From Octopus vulgaris (lineage: Eukaryota), in contig OX597827.1 of NCBI GenBank assembly GCA_951406725.2, positions 75,268,001 to 75,332,000 of the forward strand: DNA of 64,000 bases, read 5' to 3'. The position numbers were made by a program, and so were the translations under genes. Position 1 is the first letter of the stretch, and each line of letters opens with the position of its first letter. Shown here piece after piece: positions 52,100 through 64,000 of the stretch. Below the pieces are notes generated by a model. It searched no databases. It saw only the letters and a program-made list of their open reading frames with translations, and had not been told where the DNA came from.

Positions 52100-52920
52100 T
52101 CATACATCTCCCACCACTACTACTCCTACCACTACCACCCAAACTATAATCTTTATTATAATATAAGCATCAACTCCGTACTGTCATCATCATCATCATC
52201 ATTATTACTACTAACTATAACACTACTTCTCACGATTGGTCCACTAACAGTAGTATCCACCACCGACAGCAACACCACCACACTCAATGCTACCAATTCT
52301 ACTAACTACAATCAACATAAACAATATTTTTTAACCTCTTGCCAACACTACAGCTGCTACTAACACCACTAACTACATCATCACTGCTAATGCCTCAGCC
52401 GCTCCCACCACACGAACTAGTATTGCTAGCACTGTTGTCATCATCATCATCATCATCATCAGCATTAGCATCACTGTGCGAAGTACATCACTACTAGTAT
52501 CCCAACCAATAACACCACAGCCATACCACTGCTGAACCACTTCCATCACTCATTACAGCCGTAACTATTGCAGTCAGCACCATAGCCACATAGCTACTAT
52601 CGTTGTCTTTGTAATCCTGATCAGAACAGCAAGCAGTACCACAGCCGTACATAACCAGTTCCACTTTCACAACCACCACCACCACCACCACAGCCAACAT
52701 CACTATTATAATGATGTAAAGTACAGCTTCACTATGAATAAGCACTATCGCCACCATGCCGTCCACCAGCTCTACTGAAAAGCAGACTACCAGATATTGA
52801 TCTATCAATAGCAACCAAATAAAGAACAATAGTTCCCATCATTTATTTTTCTTTTGTTAGAGCTCTGATGTCTGACATCAGATAGGCACTACCAATGCCA
52901 CAACCAACACCACAACAGAC
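52100..52920. repeat. Degenerate (ACT/CAC/CAT) low-complexity region
   Basis: Direct reading. Confidence 0.7.
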
Positions 52921-53999
52921 AGGCTGTTCCACACTACATCTGTCCCTTTATAAGGATTTTTCTGTTGACTGGGCACAAGATAGTTTATTATTGTTTAACC
53001 CTGTTAAGTGTGACTGAGCTGATAAATTATCAAAGATATTTCAACCATGACCCCCCTATCTTTTAGGGTTGTATAGTGCTATCAACTGTATGCTTATGTA
53101 AGGCAGTGTTTTCCAATTAGAATGTAAGAGATAATATTTAGGGGTCTCATAAGGATTGCCCTTGAGCTTATATGTTTACTGTTGAAGCAAAACATAGGGA
53201 GACAGGATGACAATAGGTCAGACATAGCAAAATAAGGTTAATTTTAGGCCAATTACGGGGAAATGGAAGACAATAAGTGATGAGATCACAGATTCATTGT
53301 AAATTACTGCTTGTAGAAAGTGATTTGAGGGCAATTTGGCTGTCGTTTCTAGCAGAGCAAGCAATCATATTAGAGACATTGATGAACCAAGGAACTAGGG
53401 TTGGGAGCCTATCTTTGGATAGGTTGCTTGAGTTAAGTGAGAGAGCTTCTTCAGTTACAGCTTAGTTCTGATCAAGGAGACTTCTGATCAAAAGCATTCC
53501 AGCCATAACCATCCCATTTTCTTATTTAATATTCAAGACTACATTGTCCAGTGTATCCTTCTCCTTTCAAGATCAAATGAGAGATTTGTCTGCTATTCCT
53601 AGCATATCAAGCAATGCTGTATCCTCTGTTGCTTGAAAAACGTTGTGGCTGTGATGGCTCTAATCAAAGAATTACTTGTTCAATCTATATTCCTGTTACT
53701 ATGGTCATCATCCAATCTTCTTCAAAGGATATGCTGTCTTAAGATTTAGGGATTAAAGTATACGGTCTAAATAATACGGAATTTAAAGGAGATTAGGCTG
53801 CTTCAATAAACATGTCCTTGGTTCATTGTGAGGCATTAATGTGTTCTCCAATCAAACATAGATTAAAATAGAATGTCCATGCAATGGTGGTGGATGGTAA
53901 TAGGTAAATGTAGTACGGATATGATAAGAGTGTGAGGGTGTGTTGCAGGAATGTGAGGAGTATAGTGCAAGGTAGATGTGTATGGTGTGGGGGTATAAC

Positions 54000-54385
54000 A
54001 CTGATTTCAAATTTTGATATGAGACCAGCAATTTCAGAGGAGTGGGGCAAGTCAATTACATTGACCCCAGTACTTAACTGGGGTCAATGTATCGAACCCC
54101 AAAAGGATGAAAGGCAAAGTTGATCTCAGTTGAATTTGAACTCAGAATGTGAAGTTGGACAAAATGCCACTGAGCATTTTGCCCAGTGTGCTAACGATTT
54201 TCTACTCTAGGCACAAGGCCCGGCATTTTAGGGGAGAAGAGCCTGTCAATTAGATTTACCCCAGTATGCAACTGGTACTTAATTTATTGACCCTGAAAGG
54301 ATGAAAGGCAAAGTTGACCTCAGTGGAATTTGAACTTGGAACGTAAAGACAGACGACATACAACTAACGATTCTGCCAGCTTTCT
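54000..54385 (-). mobile_element. Two tandem family C-related SINE copies with an alternative tail
   Basis: Two aaggatgaaaggcaaagttga...gaatttgaact blocks. Similar copies lie at 46410-46590 and 60140-60345. Confidence 0.75.
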
Positions 54386-55119
54386 GCTTTCATGTGGGGT
54401 TTAATATTATTTGCAAAATAGCTTTGTGCATGTGTGTGTGTTGGGCAATCCAGCATAGAATTTGTATCTAGGGGGCAATTTATCTGGCAGCTGTGATTGT
54501 ATGAGTCAGCTGGGAAAGATAGTGGTTTCAAAAAAAAAAAAAAGGGATTGTATATGGGTGAACGTTGCAATGTTCTGCTGGTATCACTCGAGCTTTTCTG
54601 TCAGTTGGACATGTAGTTTCAGGGGTTGTGCAAGGATTTTAGACTTGCTGTGGGTCTCCTCTTAATGTGTAACAATTGTAAGAAGTAGAAAGCAAAAAAA
54701 AAAAAAAAAAAAAAGGGAAACAATTAACCACCTGGTTTGAAAACTGAAGTTAGCTACCAGTGAATAGGGAGCCTAACTCTGAATGTGTGGTAGAGTATTG
54801 TGGTAGCTGGCTCTTGTGCTAAACCCAGCAGATGGCTTCAAACCAGAATACAAAGAAAGCTATAAAAGCAATGGATATTATTATAACACAACCATGATGA
54901 TGATGATGATGATGATGACGACGATCGTGATGATGATGATGATGATGATAGTGACAATGGTAGTTTCAAGAAATCCTTAATTTGACAGTGACCTTAATAG
55001 TCATTCTGAAACTATTTTTAGACAATGGTGTTTTAGCCCTAGGTCAACCCCTGTTAAGCAGGCATGTAATCAAAGACATTCCGTCTCTCACCGTCCCATC
55101 ATATTAGGTTTACTTTTTT

Positions 55120-55488
55120 TTTACTTGTTTCAGTCATTTGACTGCGGCCATGCTGGAGCACCGCCTTTAATCGAGCAACTCGACCCTGGGACTTATTCTT
55201 TTGTAAGCCCAGTACTTATTCTATCGGTCCCTTTTGCCGCTAAGTAACCGCTAAGTAACGGGGACATAAACATACCAGCATCGGTTGTCAAGCAATGCTA
55301 GGGGGACAAACACAGACACACATATATATACATATATACGACGGGCTTCTTTCAGTTTCCGTCTACCAAATCCACTCACAAGGCTTTGGTCGGCCCGAGG
55401 CTATAGTGGAAGACACTTGCCCAAGGTGCCACACAGTGGGACTGAACCCGGAACCATGTGGTTGGTAAACAAGCTACTTACCACACAA
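55120..55488 (-). mobile_element. Family B SINE, young
   Basis: Matches 3421-3810, with a small internal duplication ccgctaagtaa x2. Confidence 0.88.
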
Positions 55489-56071
55489 GACTGCATTATC
55501 AAATGTTTTCTGTATTTAAAACATTAAGAATTGATTTGTGCGGCAGTTAGCTGCTATGTCTATGTCGGACACCCACGTAGAAACTTCCTCGCTGGCTAGT
55601 GTATCTGGGACTACATTATTCAATGTACCCTTCGTTTCTTTTCTGAGATAGTAGGATGTAATTTGAGGGAGATCGACTGCTATTTCTAGCATGTCTAACG
55701 AATATGTAGCGGTTCTCTCGTTGGCATTTGTTTAGAAATGCGATAAGTATTTACCGAAAGAAGAAAGAACATGAGAAAGACTGCACATAGATAAAAATAA
55801 ACTTCACTTTAGAGTATGTTTGGTGGTGGGAGAGCGAAGAGAAAGTGTCAGTGACATATTCCTCTCCTCTTACATATATATGAAATATATATATTTTTTT
55901 TTTTACCAGTTCTGCTGCTGTTTACCGTACATGGCTTCTTTAACTTTTTGACTCACTGACTGACATTCCTCCCAACACCTCCTATTTCCATTTCCCTACT
56001 CCCTCATCTCCCCTCTCTCTCTCTCTCTCTCTCTCTCTCGCTCCCCCCCTCTCTCTCAGCTTCTGGTAATT

Positions 56072-56126
56072 ATGTCTGTTTTGGATAAGAGGCAAGAAGA
56101 GGCAGTGGTGGAGCCTTGTTCTTTAC
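56072..56126 (+). CDS. Candidate coding exon MSVLDKRQEEAVVEPCSL; product unknown
   Basis: An ATG in unique CpG-retaining sequence, acceptor ctctctcag| at 56059 and donor c|gtaagc at 56126 (phase 1). Confidence 0.3.
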
Positions 56127-56525
56127 GTAAGCACGTGAACTTAGATTTTCCGTACGTGTTGGAATGGTTGTGCAACGTTCATGCCTTTGCCACAAGCTGC
56201 TTGTACGGCAAATCTACGCTACTTTATTTACTTACTGTTACAGAGGGCTCCTCAATGTAGTCGTTTGACCTGCTAAAAATAGCAGCCACAGTTTCCATCA
56301 AATCACACCATCTTTTAAAAAAACGAAATGTGATTCAGATAATGCTGCCTTACATATCCCGAGTTGGTCGTGACCAGAATGTGTTTCCTTATAGGGGCTA
56401 CAGGACCAGGACTGACCTATAGCTAAACAAAACAGCTGCTATCTTTCACAGGGCCTACCTAGATCCGGATTTCCTGTGGCTAAACAACACCTCCAGTCTA
56501 ATTGATCTCTTCTTTGCTCCCTCAG

Positions 56526-56565
56526 TGAGATACAGCTCTGAGGTAGCTCCATGGTCATCAGGAAG
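56526..56565 (+). CDS. Candidate 40-bp exon, (L)RYSSEVAPWSSG when joined to 56126
   Basis: Acceptor tctcttctttgctccctcag| and donor AAG|gtgaga. It stays in frame with the preceding candidate exon. Confidence 0.35.
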
Positions 56566-56809
56566 GTGAGAATCATCCGGCAATCTATGCAAACTCCACC
56601 CAGTCACATGTCATTGTGGGTCACAGCAAGTGTTTCTGACCTTTAGCAGAGATATGGACATGTTTCAGTCCTATTAGACCTCATCAGTAACATACATAAT
56701 GTGGTGAACCAGGCAATTATATAAATATGTGTAGCCTGAAGAACCAGAAACAACAAGAAAGTGGTCAGCCTGTGTATTGCTGTGCACTTAAGAAGTTATG
56801 TGCATGCAT

Positions 56810-56855
<46 letters not shown>

Positions 56856-57396
56856 GTGTATGATTATTTGATTTAATATAATTTGTTGCTTTGAGAATTT
56901 GTGATGTTAATTCATTGATTGGTAAGCTTGACTTAGTTTTGAATACAGATAAAAGATAAAGATACTTGTAGAGGAGGAGAGATAGCCTGCATCTTTCCCC
57001 TGTGCCTCCCCACTTTGCATAATTGATCTGTCCCCCGTTTCTGTCTGTGTCAGAACATCCTGTTTCACTTGCTTCATTCACCATCCAATTCTCCTCGTGT
57101 AGAATGCAGGTCAAGTTATGTACCCACCGTCTGATCCGACTGGTTTTATTTATTTACCTTTTATCTTTCAACATAGAGAGCCATGGCTGTGTGGTCAACA
57201 TGCATTTCACAACCACTGAGTTCTGGGCCTCGTTATATGGCACCTTGAGCAAGTGTCTTCTACCATGGCATCAGGTTAATCTCAGCTTTGCAAGTGGAAT
57301 AATTTGGGAGACAGAAACAGTAAGGAAACTCATTTGTGTGTGTGTGTGAGAGAGATAGAGAGAGTGTGTGCATTTGCATGTATATGTATGGACATG

Positions 57397-57454
<58 letters not shown>

Positions 57455-57455
<1 letters not shown>

Positions 57456-57755
57456 GAGGCGCAATGGCCTGGTGGTTAGGGCAGCAGACTCGCGGTCATA
57501 GGATCGCGGTTTCGATTCCCAGACCGGGCGTTGTGAGTGTTTATTGAACGGAAACACCTAAAAGCTCCACGAGGCTCCGGCAGGGGATGGTGGTGATCCC
57601 TGCTGTACTCTTTCACCACTCTTTCTTCTGTTGGCCTGCTTGCTTAGCCAGCGGGGTGGCGTCATTCGAAGGCTAAAACAAGGCGAACGCATTGTGACCA
57701 GCGATGTGTAACTACATCTGATGGACTGGTCGGTCACGTGATGGTGATGATGGTG

Positions 57756-57757
<2 letters not shown>
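57455..57757 (+). mobile_element. Family D SINE
   Basis: Matches 42701-43004 and is inserted in (TA)n(TG)n. Confidence 0.88.
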
Positions 57758-57786
<29 letters not shown>

Positions 57787-58731
57787 GATACATACATACA
57801 TACAGCAATGAAAGTACTGATAGATTGGAACTTTAAACAAAGTTACCTTGTGGTATTTGTTCTGCCCTAGTTACTCATACACTCTCACTCGTCACTTTCA
57901 CTATCATAAATGCCATGAAGCACTGATTGGTACGTGAAAACCTGTAACACTACTATTATTCACAAAATGCAATGTCAAAATAAAAAATAAAGAGAGAATT
58001 GTATATAAGGTGATTTAGGACATTTGGATGACTGTGTGATTTGAGGATTGGTGTTCAGTTGTACCTTGATATGATAAACTCTAAATGCAGACATAGTCAT
58101 ATAGTTTGGAGATTCAATTACAATGACATGGTTTTGAGTCCAACCCCATTGTGTAGCACCTTGGGAAAGTGTCACCTAAAACTTTGCAGGTGAAAATTGA
58201 TAGATCAAACTGTGTAGAATCCCATTGGACGGACATTGTCTAGTTTAATACCAATATCTGGCCTTGGGTGCCTTCAGCTAACCCCATTCTATTGTTGCAA
58301 GAATTCTGATCAGATCCTTAGTCTAAAGGTAACTTCCTCACTTCCTTCCATGGGGAAGGCATTCTTCCTCTAAGTCATTTAAAAAAAGTACCAGTAAGAT
58401 ACTGGGGATAAAAGAGAACTGTTATATTGAATATTGACTGTATCAAAATTTATAGTTGTGTTCCAAAGTTGGTAGATTATCAGAATCTTTTGAGCATCAG
58501 ACAAAATTGCATTGTGGTTATTTGTTTCATTTCTTTACATTCTGAGATTAAACTTTATACTATTGACCCCGCAAAGATGAAAAGTAAAGTACCAGTCAGG
58601 TACTGAGTTGATTAATCAAGTAGGCACCCCTTAAATTTTAGGCTTTGTGTTGATGCTAGAAACTATTATTATTAAGGTTAGCAAAATAATTAGACCACCA
58701 AACAAATTGTCTTGTATTAATTTTGGACCTT

Positions 58732-58980
58732 TCATCATCATTATCATCTAACGTCTGTTTTCCATGCTGGCATGGGTTAGACGGTTTGACAGGAGCAGAC
58801 TAAGCAGAAGACTACACTAGGCTTCAGTATTTGTTTTGGCATGGTTTTTTATGGCTGGATGCCCTTCCTAACACCAACCACCCCACAGAGTGCTTTTTAC
58901 ATGGTACCAGCACAGGAAAGGTCAATGACAAATGCCAACCACTTTACAGTGTGGGCTGGATGCTTTTTTATGTGGCACTC
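58732..58980 (-). mobile_element. Family A (RTE 3' end), diverged
   Basis: (CAT) tail followed by ccatgctggcatgggtt...gctggatgcccttcctaac. Confidence 0.72.
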
Positions 58981-59583
58981 CAAATATTCTGTCAAGATTA
59001 ACTTTGCCATTCATTTTCTCAGGATTAACAAAAATAAAATACCAGTCCAGCACTGGTGTTGGTGGTATCAACTTGTCCTTCATAATTGCTGGCCTTGTGC
59101 CTAAATTAGAAACTGCTATTATTAACATTATTGTGTCACTAAATACTTGTCCTTGGATAATCTTCTGACCAAGTAAAGTAAAAGTTGTTTTGTCATGTCT
59201 TTATGCTATAATAGCAGAAGATACAGAAGATACGACTTTGCAAGTTAGAGATGCCAAATGTTGTGATTAACCATTATAAAATAGATACCGCAATACCCTC
59301 ATACAATCCAATTTTCAACACTTTACCCTTCCATAGGCATCTCTCTGCATAACTGAGTGAAGAACAATTTGACTAGTTTCACTTGTCATTAGCAGTGTTT
59401 ACTGAATGAATCTAGAGAGAGAGAGAAAGAGGCTTGTGGATACTAAGGTGAAAATACCATGAACAACCAGTACTGTTATTATACCTTTGCATATTAGTAC
59501 ATGTAATGGATTCATAGACTAGTTGACTGAAGTACTGAGGTAAAATGTTTTTAGAGAAGTTTGTACAGATTCACTTGTGTATA

Positions 59584-59971
59584 TCTCTTCTCTCTCTATA
59601 TAAACGGCAGTTTGTCTGTGCGTGTTTCTGTGTGTCTGTTTGCTTGTACCCTCACCCTGACCACGGCTTTCAACCGATTCTGATGAAACTTGACACACAC
59701 ATAGCCCAATGTCATAATTCAAAACTAACGTAGCGAAAATTTTGAAAAGTTCCCCCAGTTCTGAAAAAAATCGATAAATTCGACATGGGGTCGAGAATCA
59801 GAAACACAAACCGCAAACTGTCTAGGGGACGCAACTCCACCTTTTTTCACTCTCAAAAAAAATTTACCATCATTTTTTCTATTTTTTTGCTATTTTTTGG
59901 CTATAACTCTCTAAAAATGCTTTATAGTTATTTCCCTTACAAACCTGAGCAACGCCGGGCGATACTGCTAG
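59584..59971 (+). mobile_element. Non-autonomous Helitron
   Basis: a|TCtc..tctatatataa 5' end, subterminal GC-rich hairpin cctgagcaacgccggg (59944-59959) and CTAG|t 3' end, with no TSD. Confidence 0.85.
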
Positions 59972-60519
59972 TTTTGAATAAATAGATTTAGCTTTGTTGT
60001 ATAAACAGAATCCCTGGACTTTCTACAACCATGCCTATAGTCATATGCTACATCATGTTGCAGGCCAACCAGGGAGCCTCTATGTGGTTGCTTACTAACA
60101 TGGAAATAGCAGCCAAATTACACAGCTAGTTGTAAAATCATTTCTATTATATGCACAAGTCCTGAAATGTTGTGGTTGGGGGGCTAATCGATTACATTGA
60201 CCCCCCCAGTACTCAACCAGTACTTATTTTATCAACCTCGAAAGGATGAAAGGCAAAGTCGACCTCAGCAGAATTTGAACTCAGAACATAAAGACAGACA
60301 AAGTGCTGCTAAGCGTTGTGCTTGGCATGCAAGCAGCTCTCTGCCTGCTCCACCGACTTCAAGTCTTGAATTAGTCTTAAAATAAAGACAGAATATTGTA
60401 GTTCTAGATAACCTCTAAAAGAAGGAATGGTCAAGGTTGGAATGCTTTTTTGCACGTGCGCACGCACACACACACGCACACACACACACACACACACTGT
60501 TGTGTCTTACAGAGTGTAA

Positions 60520-60640
60520 GATTACGTCAGATTGTAAAGAGTTGGAATGTATGTGTGTGCACGGTCTCTATAGTGTGAGTGGGTGGTAGTAGGCGGGGTG
60601 CTTTATTTCTGTACCTACACCCCCGCCACCCCGCCACCAC
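60520..60640. promoter_or_regulatory. Promoter-like motif cluster (CRE-like site and GC boxes)
   Basis: TTACGTCA at 60522-60529, ggcgggg at 60592 and ccccgccaccccgcc at 60621-60635, at the start of a CpG-retaining unique region. Confidence 0.3.
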
Positions 60641-61744
60641 CATCACTCTTTATTACTCTGTTCTCCCGCTGTCGCTGTTTTCTAATGAAAAACACCTCAG
60701 GCAGGTTCTCAGGCCATAAAAGTCACCTAACCAGTATGTCAAAAGTATTCAGGTCACTTCGACCACACTCCCACCACCACTACTCTTCCTTCTACTACTA
60801 CTACTACTACGACAGCGCTACATTCTCTCTCTCTCTCTCTCCCCCTATTTCTCTCTCTCCCCCTCTCTACTATTTCTTTTTACTGTTGTAACTTTCCGTT
60901 TGTGGCTTTATTCTTTCTTTAAAATTAACTTAATTCTATAGTCTATGTAACAATTATTTTATCAATCTCAGGTGTACCGAAGTCGGAATGCCAACTACTT
61001 TACGCTGTTCGATCCGGAGCTATTAATTCTGCTTGTTTTCTCCTCTCCTCTCTTAATACATTCGATTGACGCCTCACACTTTGCAATGTCCTTTCTGCAC
61101 GGTCCGTCTCCTTCCAGCCTTTGCTATTATTCAAAGCTGTTCTCGTTTCAGTTTTTGCTGCACAAAGCTGTTTCCTCGACGGCGTCACAAAACCTTATAA
61201 TATTTTTTTTATCTATAAGAAAAACTAACACAAGCGATTCTAAAGCACCATCTTCGGCGAAGCAACAGCTAATAATAAAATATTGCCGATCAAATATTCC
61301 ATAAATTATTTTGTCAATTACTTAATGAGACACATCCAATCAGTAAATTAATTAGCAATTATCTCTTTGACCTGCGGTTTGTGAGAAAGGTAAATGGGAG
61401 CTGTTTCGTTCATGCCTTATTTTTTTTTTTCTTGGACTCCAGCTGTCTGGCTAGATTTTGTAACCCCAGGTCATAAGCGTTCTATTACCATTTAGTCTTT
61501 TCGTATATTGTAGACTATGTGATTGGCGGTAGATTTAGCTGCTATTTTTAGCTGTTCGGGTATTTGCATAGAGGCTCGGAAGTGAGTGGGCGTCAAGTCG
61601 AGACGAGAAACCAACCGGATCATGATCTCAACTTGGCAGAAATTCACCTCTTTCTTAATGCTGCCACGCCCCATTCTAACGAAGTAATTGCCGTGTTGGG
61701 CTGAAATGTTTAGACGATTGATTGAGACTAATCAGTGAAATATA

Positions 61745-62153
61745 GATGGTACTCCGTCGGTCACGACGACGAGGGTTCCAGTTGATCCGATCAACGGAAC
61801 AGCTTCCTCGTGAAATTAACGTGCAAGTGGCTGAGCACTCCACAGACACGTGAACCCTTAACGTAGTTCTCAGGGAGATTCAGCGTGACACAGTGTATGA
61901 CAAGGCTTATCTGTGGAGTGCTCAGCCACTTGCGCCTTAATTTCACGAGTTGTATCTGAATTTCTCGGGGAGATTCAGCGGGACACAGAATATGACAATG
62001 ATGGCCCTTTGAAATACAGATACAACTCATTTTTGCCAGCAGAGTGGACTGGAGCAACGTGAAATAAAGTGTCTTGCTCAAGGACACAACGTGTTGCCAG
62101 GAAGTGAACTCGTGAGCCGAATGCCCCTAACCACTAAGCCGCGCGCCTTCTGC
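61745..62153 (-). mobile_element. Family E SINE with internal inversion and duplication
   Basis: 12-bp TSD cagtgaaatata at 61733-61744 and 62154-62165. Confidence 0.88.
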
Positions 62154-62417
62154 CAGTGAAATATAACAAATTTGTATTTGCGTATAACGATGCGTTAAGC
62201 TGCGTTCTTTTGCATCAGAAGGTAACTCAATCGTTCGATGGCAATTAATAACGTAAGGGAGCAGAGTGAAGTAAGTGCTGGGGTTGTTATCACCAACTAA
62301 AATCCTAAGGCGATGATGTCCCAGCATGAAGGCAGTTGAATGACTGAAAAGAAGGTACGAGGTACATCTCCTGGATAAGCTTGGATGCAACATCAGTGAT
62401 GAGACTTGAGGTTATCG

Positions 62418-62640
62418 GGTATTTTGGGTCTGTCAACACCAGACACCCTCGTCCGGGCCACACAGCCAAGGTTGATGCCCCCACCCACCCCACTTCCTTG
62501 GGTATTTTGGGTCGTTCAACATTAGACACCCTCATCCAAATGACACTGTTAGGGTTGATGAGCCCTTCCTTCCAAATGTTTTGGGTCTTTCAGCACTAGA
62601 CATCCCCGACCAGACGACATGGCTGAAGTTGGTGCGGCCC
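62418..62640. repeat. Three diverged ~75-83-bp tandem units
   Basis: The core ttttgggtc....ca.ca..agaca.cc..g/a.cc appears at 62418, 62501 and ~62577. Confidence 0.75.
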
Positions 62641-63600
62641 TGACTTGGGTTTTAGTAGCGACCCTCTAGAAATCAGCCCTCAATCGAAAACCACCTTGCA
62701 GCTTCACTCGTGGATTGAATCATACCCTTCGTTACCACCCTGGTATGTCCAATCGGCTTTAGGTTAAAACGTCTGCAAAACCACCTCTATGGGCTGACTG
62801 TGTGTCTTCCAGCTTTTGTCTTGGCTCTTTTTCACTAGTTCCTGATACTTTGCACTTCCTCTTATTAATTTTTTTTCGATAAATTCTTCACAGGGTACAC
62901 TGAGTCCCAGCATGTTATTTTGTGTGTGTGTGTGTGTGAGTGAGAGAGAGAGAGAGAAACATACTGAGGGCTACACTAGGAAGATACAATATCATTCGCC
63001 TATCTTAGATGTGTTACAGTTGAACGAAGGCGACCATGAGCAGCTCCAACTTATTTTGCTGACATGAAATACTCTGTATTGTGAAAAAGAACGATATGAC
63101 AGTAACAGTTCCGTCTACGGTTGACATCCTAATATTTTCCTTCTCTTTCCTGTACTATCTCTATCCACAATGAAATTTCCATTTATATGAACTGAGAAAA
63201 AATGTCCTTTTTAAATGAGAAAAGTTTGTTGGAAGTTAAGGCGGGAACTGGGCGATTTGACTTATCGGCTGGAGAGTGTAGGTGTGTAAATTAGGCATGA
63301 CTCTATGCTTATCACGTAGTTGTCCATGTGTCTGCTCTAAGAAATCTGTGTGTGTGAGTGTGAGTGTGTCAGATTTTGTCGACGTTTGTAATTTGTCATT
63401 TTAGGTGTGGATGTGTAAGTGCGTTTCTATATAGCATTGTGTGTATTTGTTTGGAAGGATGCTTCTATAAGCTGTTTGTCAATGTCTTTCATTGTGTGTG
63501 TGACTGATCCACCGACTATTGACATAACCTGTTTCTTCAGCTTGGTGAAGCAATACAGATAATAGAACCCCTTTCCCTGACGAATACTTTACACACACAC

Positions 63601-63637
<37 letters not shown>

Positions 63638-64000
63638 CCTGGGAGTGCACTATGCGTGTGTGACATGTCATGAGTGTATAATCATGTAGATAAAAGCGCG
63701 TGCGTATATCTAAGTTTAGATGTATGTCAGTAAATGCGTCTGTATGATACGTATGTGTGTGTATGTATGTATGTGCATGTGTGTTATAAGCGCAAAGTCA
63801 TTGTCTAGTGTAATCCTTTATCTAACTACACAAAATAACAGCTCGGTTGCTATAGACAATTTAGTCAAAATTGAATTCGGCAAAGCGTTTTTTCTTGACA
63901 TAATTAATGCTCATAAACTATCACTTATCCTCTCTCTTTTACTGCAAGGTTAGAAGTAAAATTTAGATTATGAAGAAAAATCAGTAAAAACGATATACAA

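Overview
Repeat-dense, gene-poor eukaryotic DNA, most consistent with a coleoid cephalopod (Octopus-like). This is inferred from the SINE families and the extreme (TA)n/(CA)n/(CAT)n/(CT)n load and was not confirmed by a search. Almost every ORF in the supplied track is a microsatellite or SINE translation artefact, and no intact protein-coding gene is recognisable. The supportable content is: many 5'-truncated RTE-LINE 3' ends, several tRNA-derived SINE families that swap heads and tails, a mariner remnant, hAT and piggyBac-type MITEs with clean TSDs, a non-autonomous Helitron, a CR1 3' end and a 29-bp minisatellite. There are also tentative promoters and short exons for a minus-strand gene (~13 kb, running left) and a plus-strand gene (from ~29.4 kb, with a CTCF-like motif and Inr). 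The most interesting signal is a set of six short elements in two families that carry minimal type-I hammerhead-ribozyme folds (Penelope-like/retrozyme-like). Most run into (TA)n-type repeats at their 3' end, and two have fold-back palindromes at their 5' junction.
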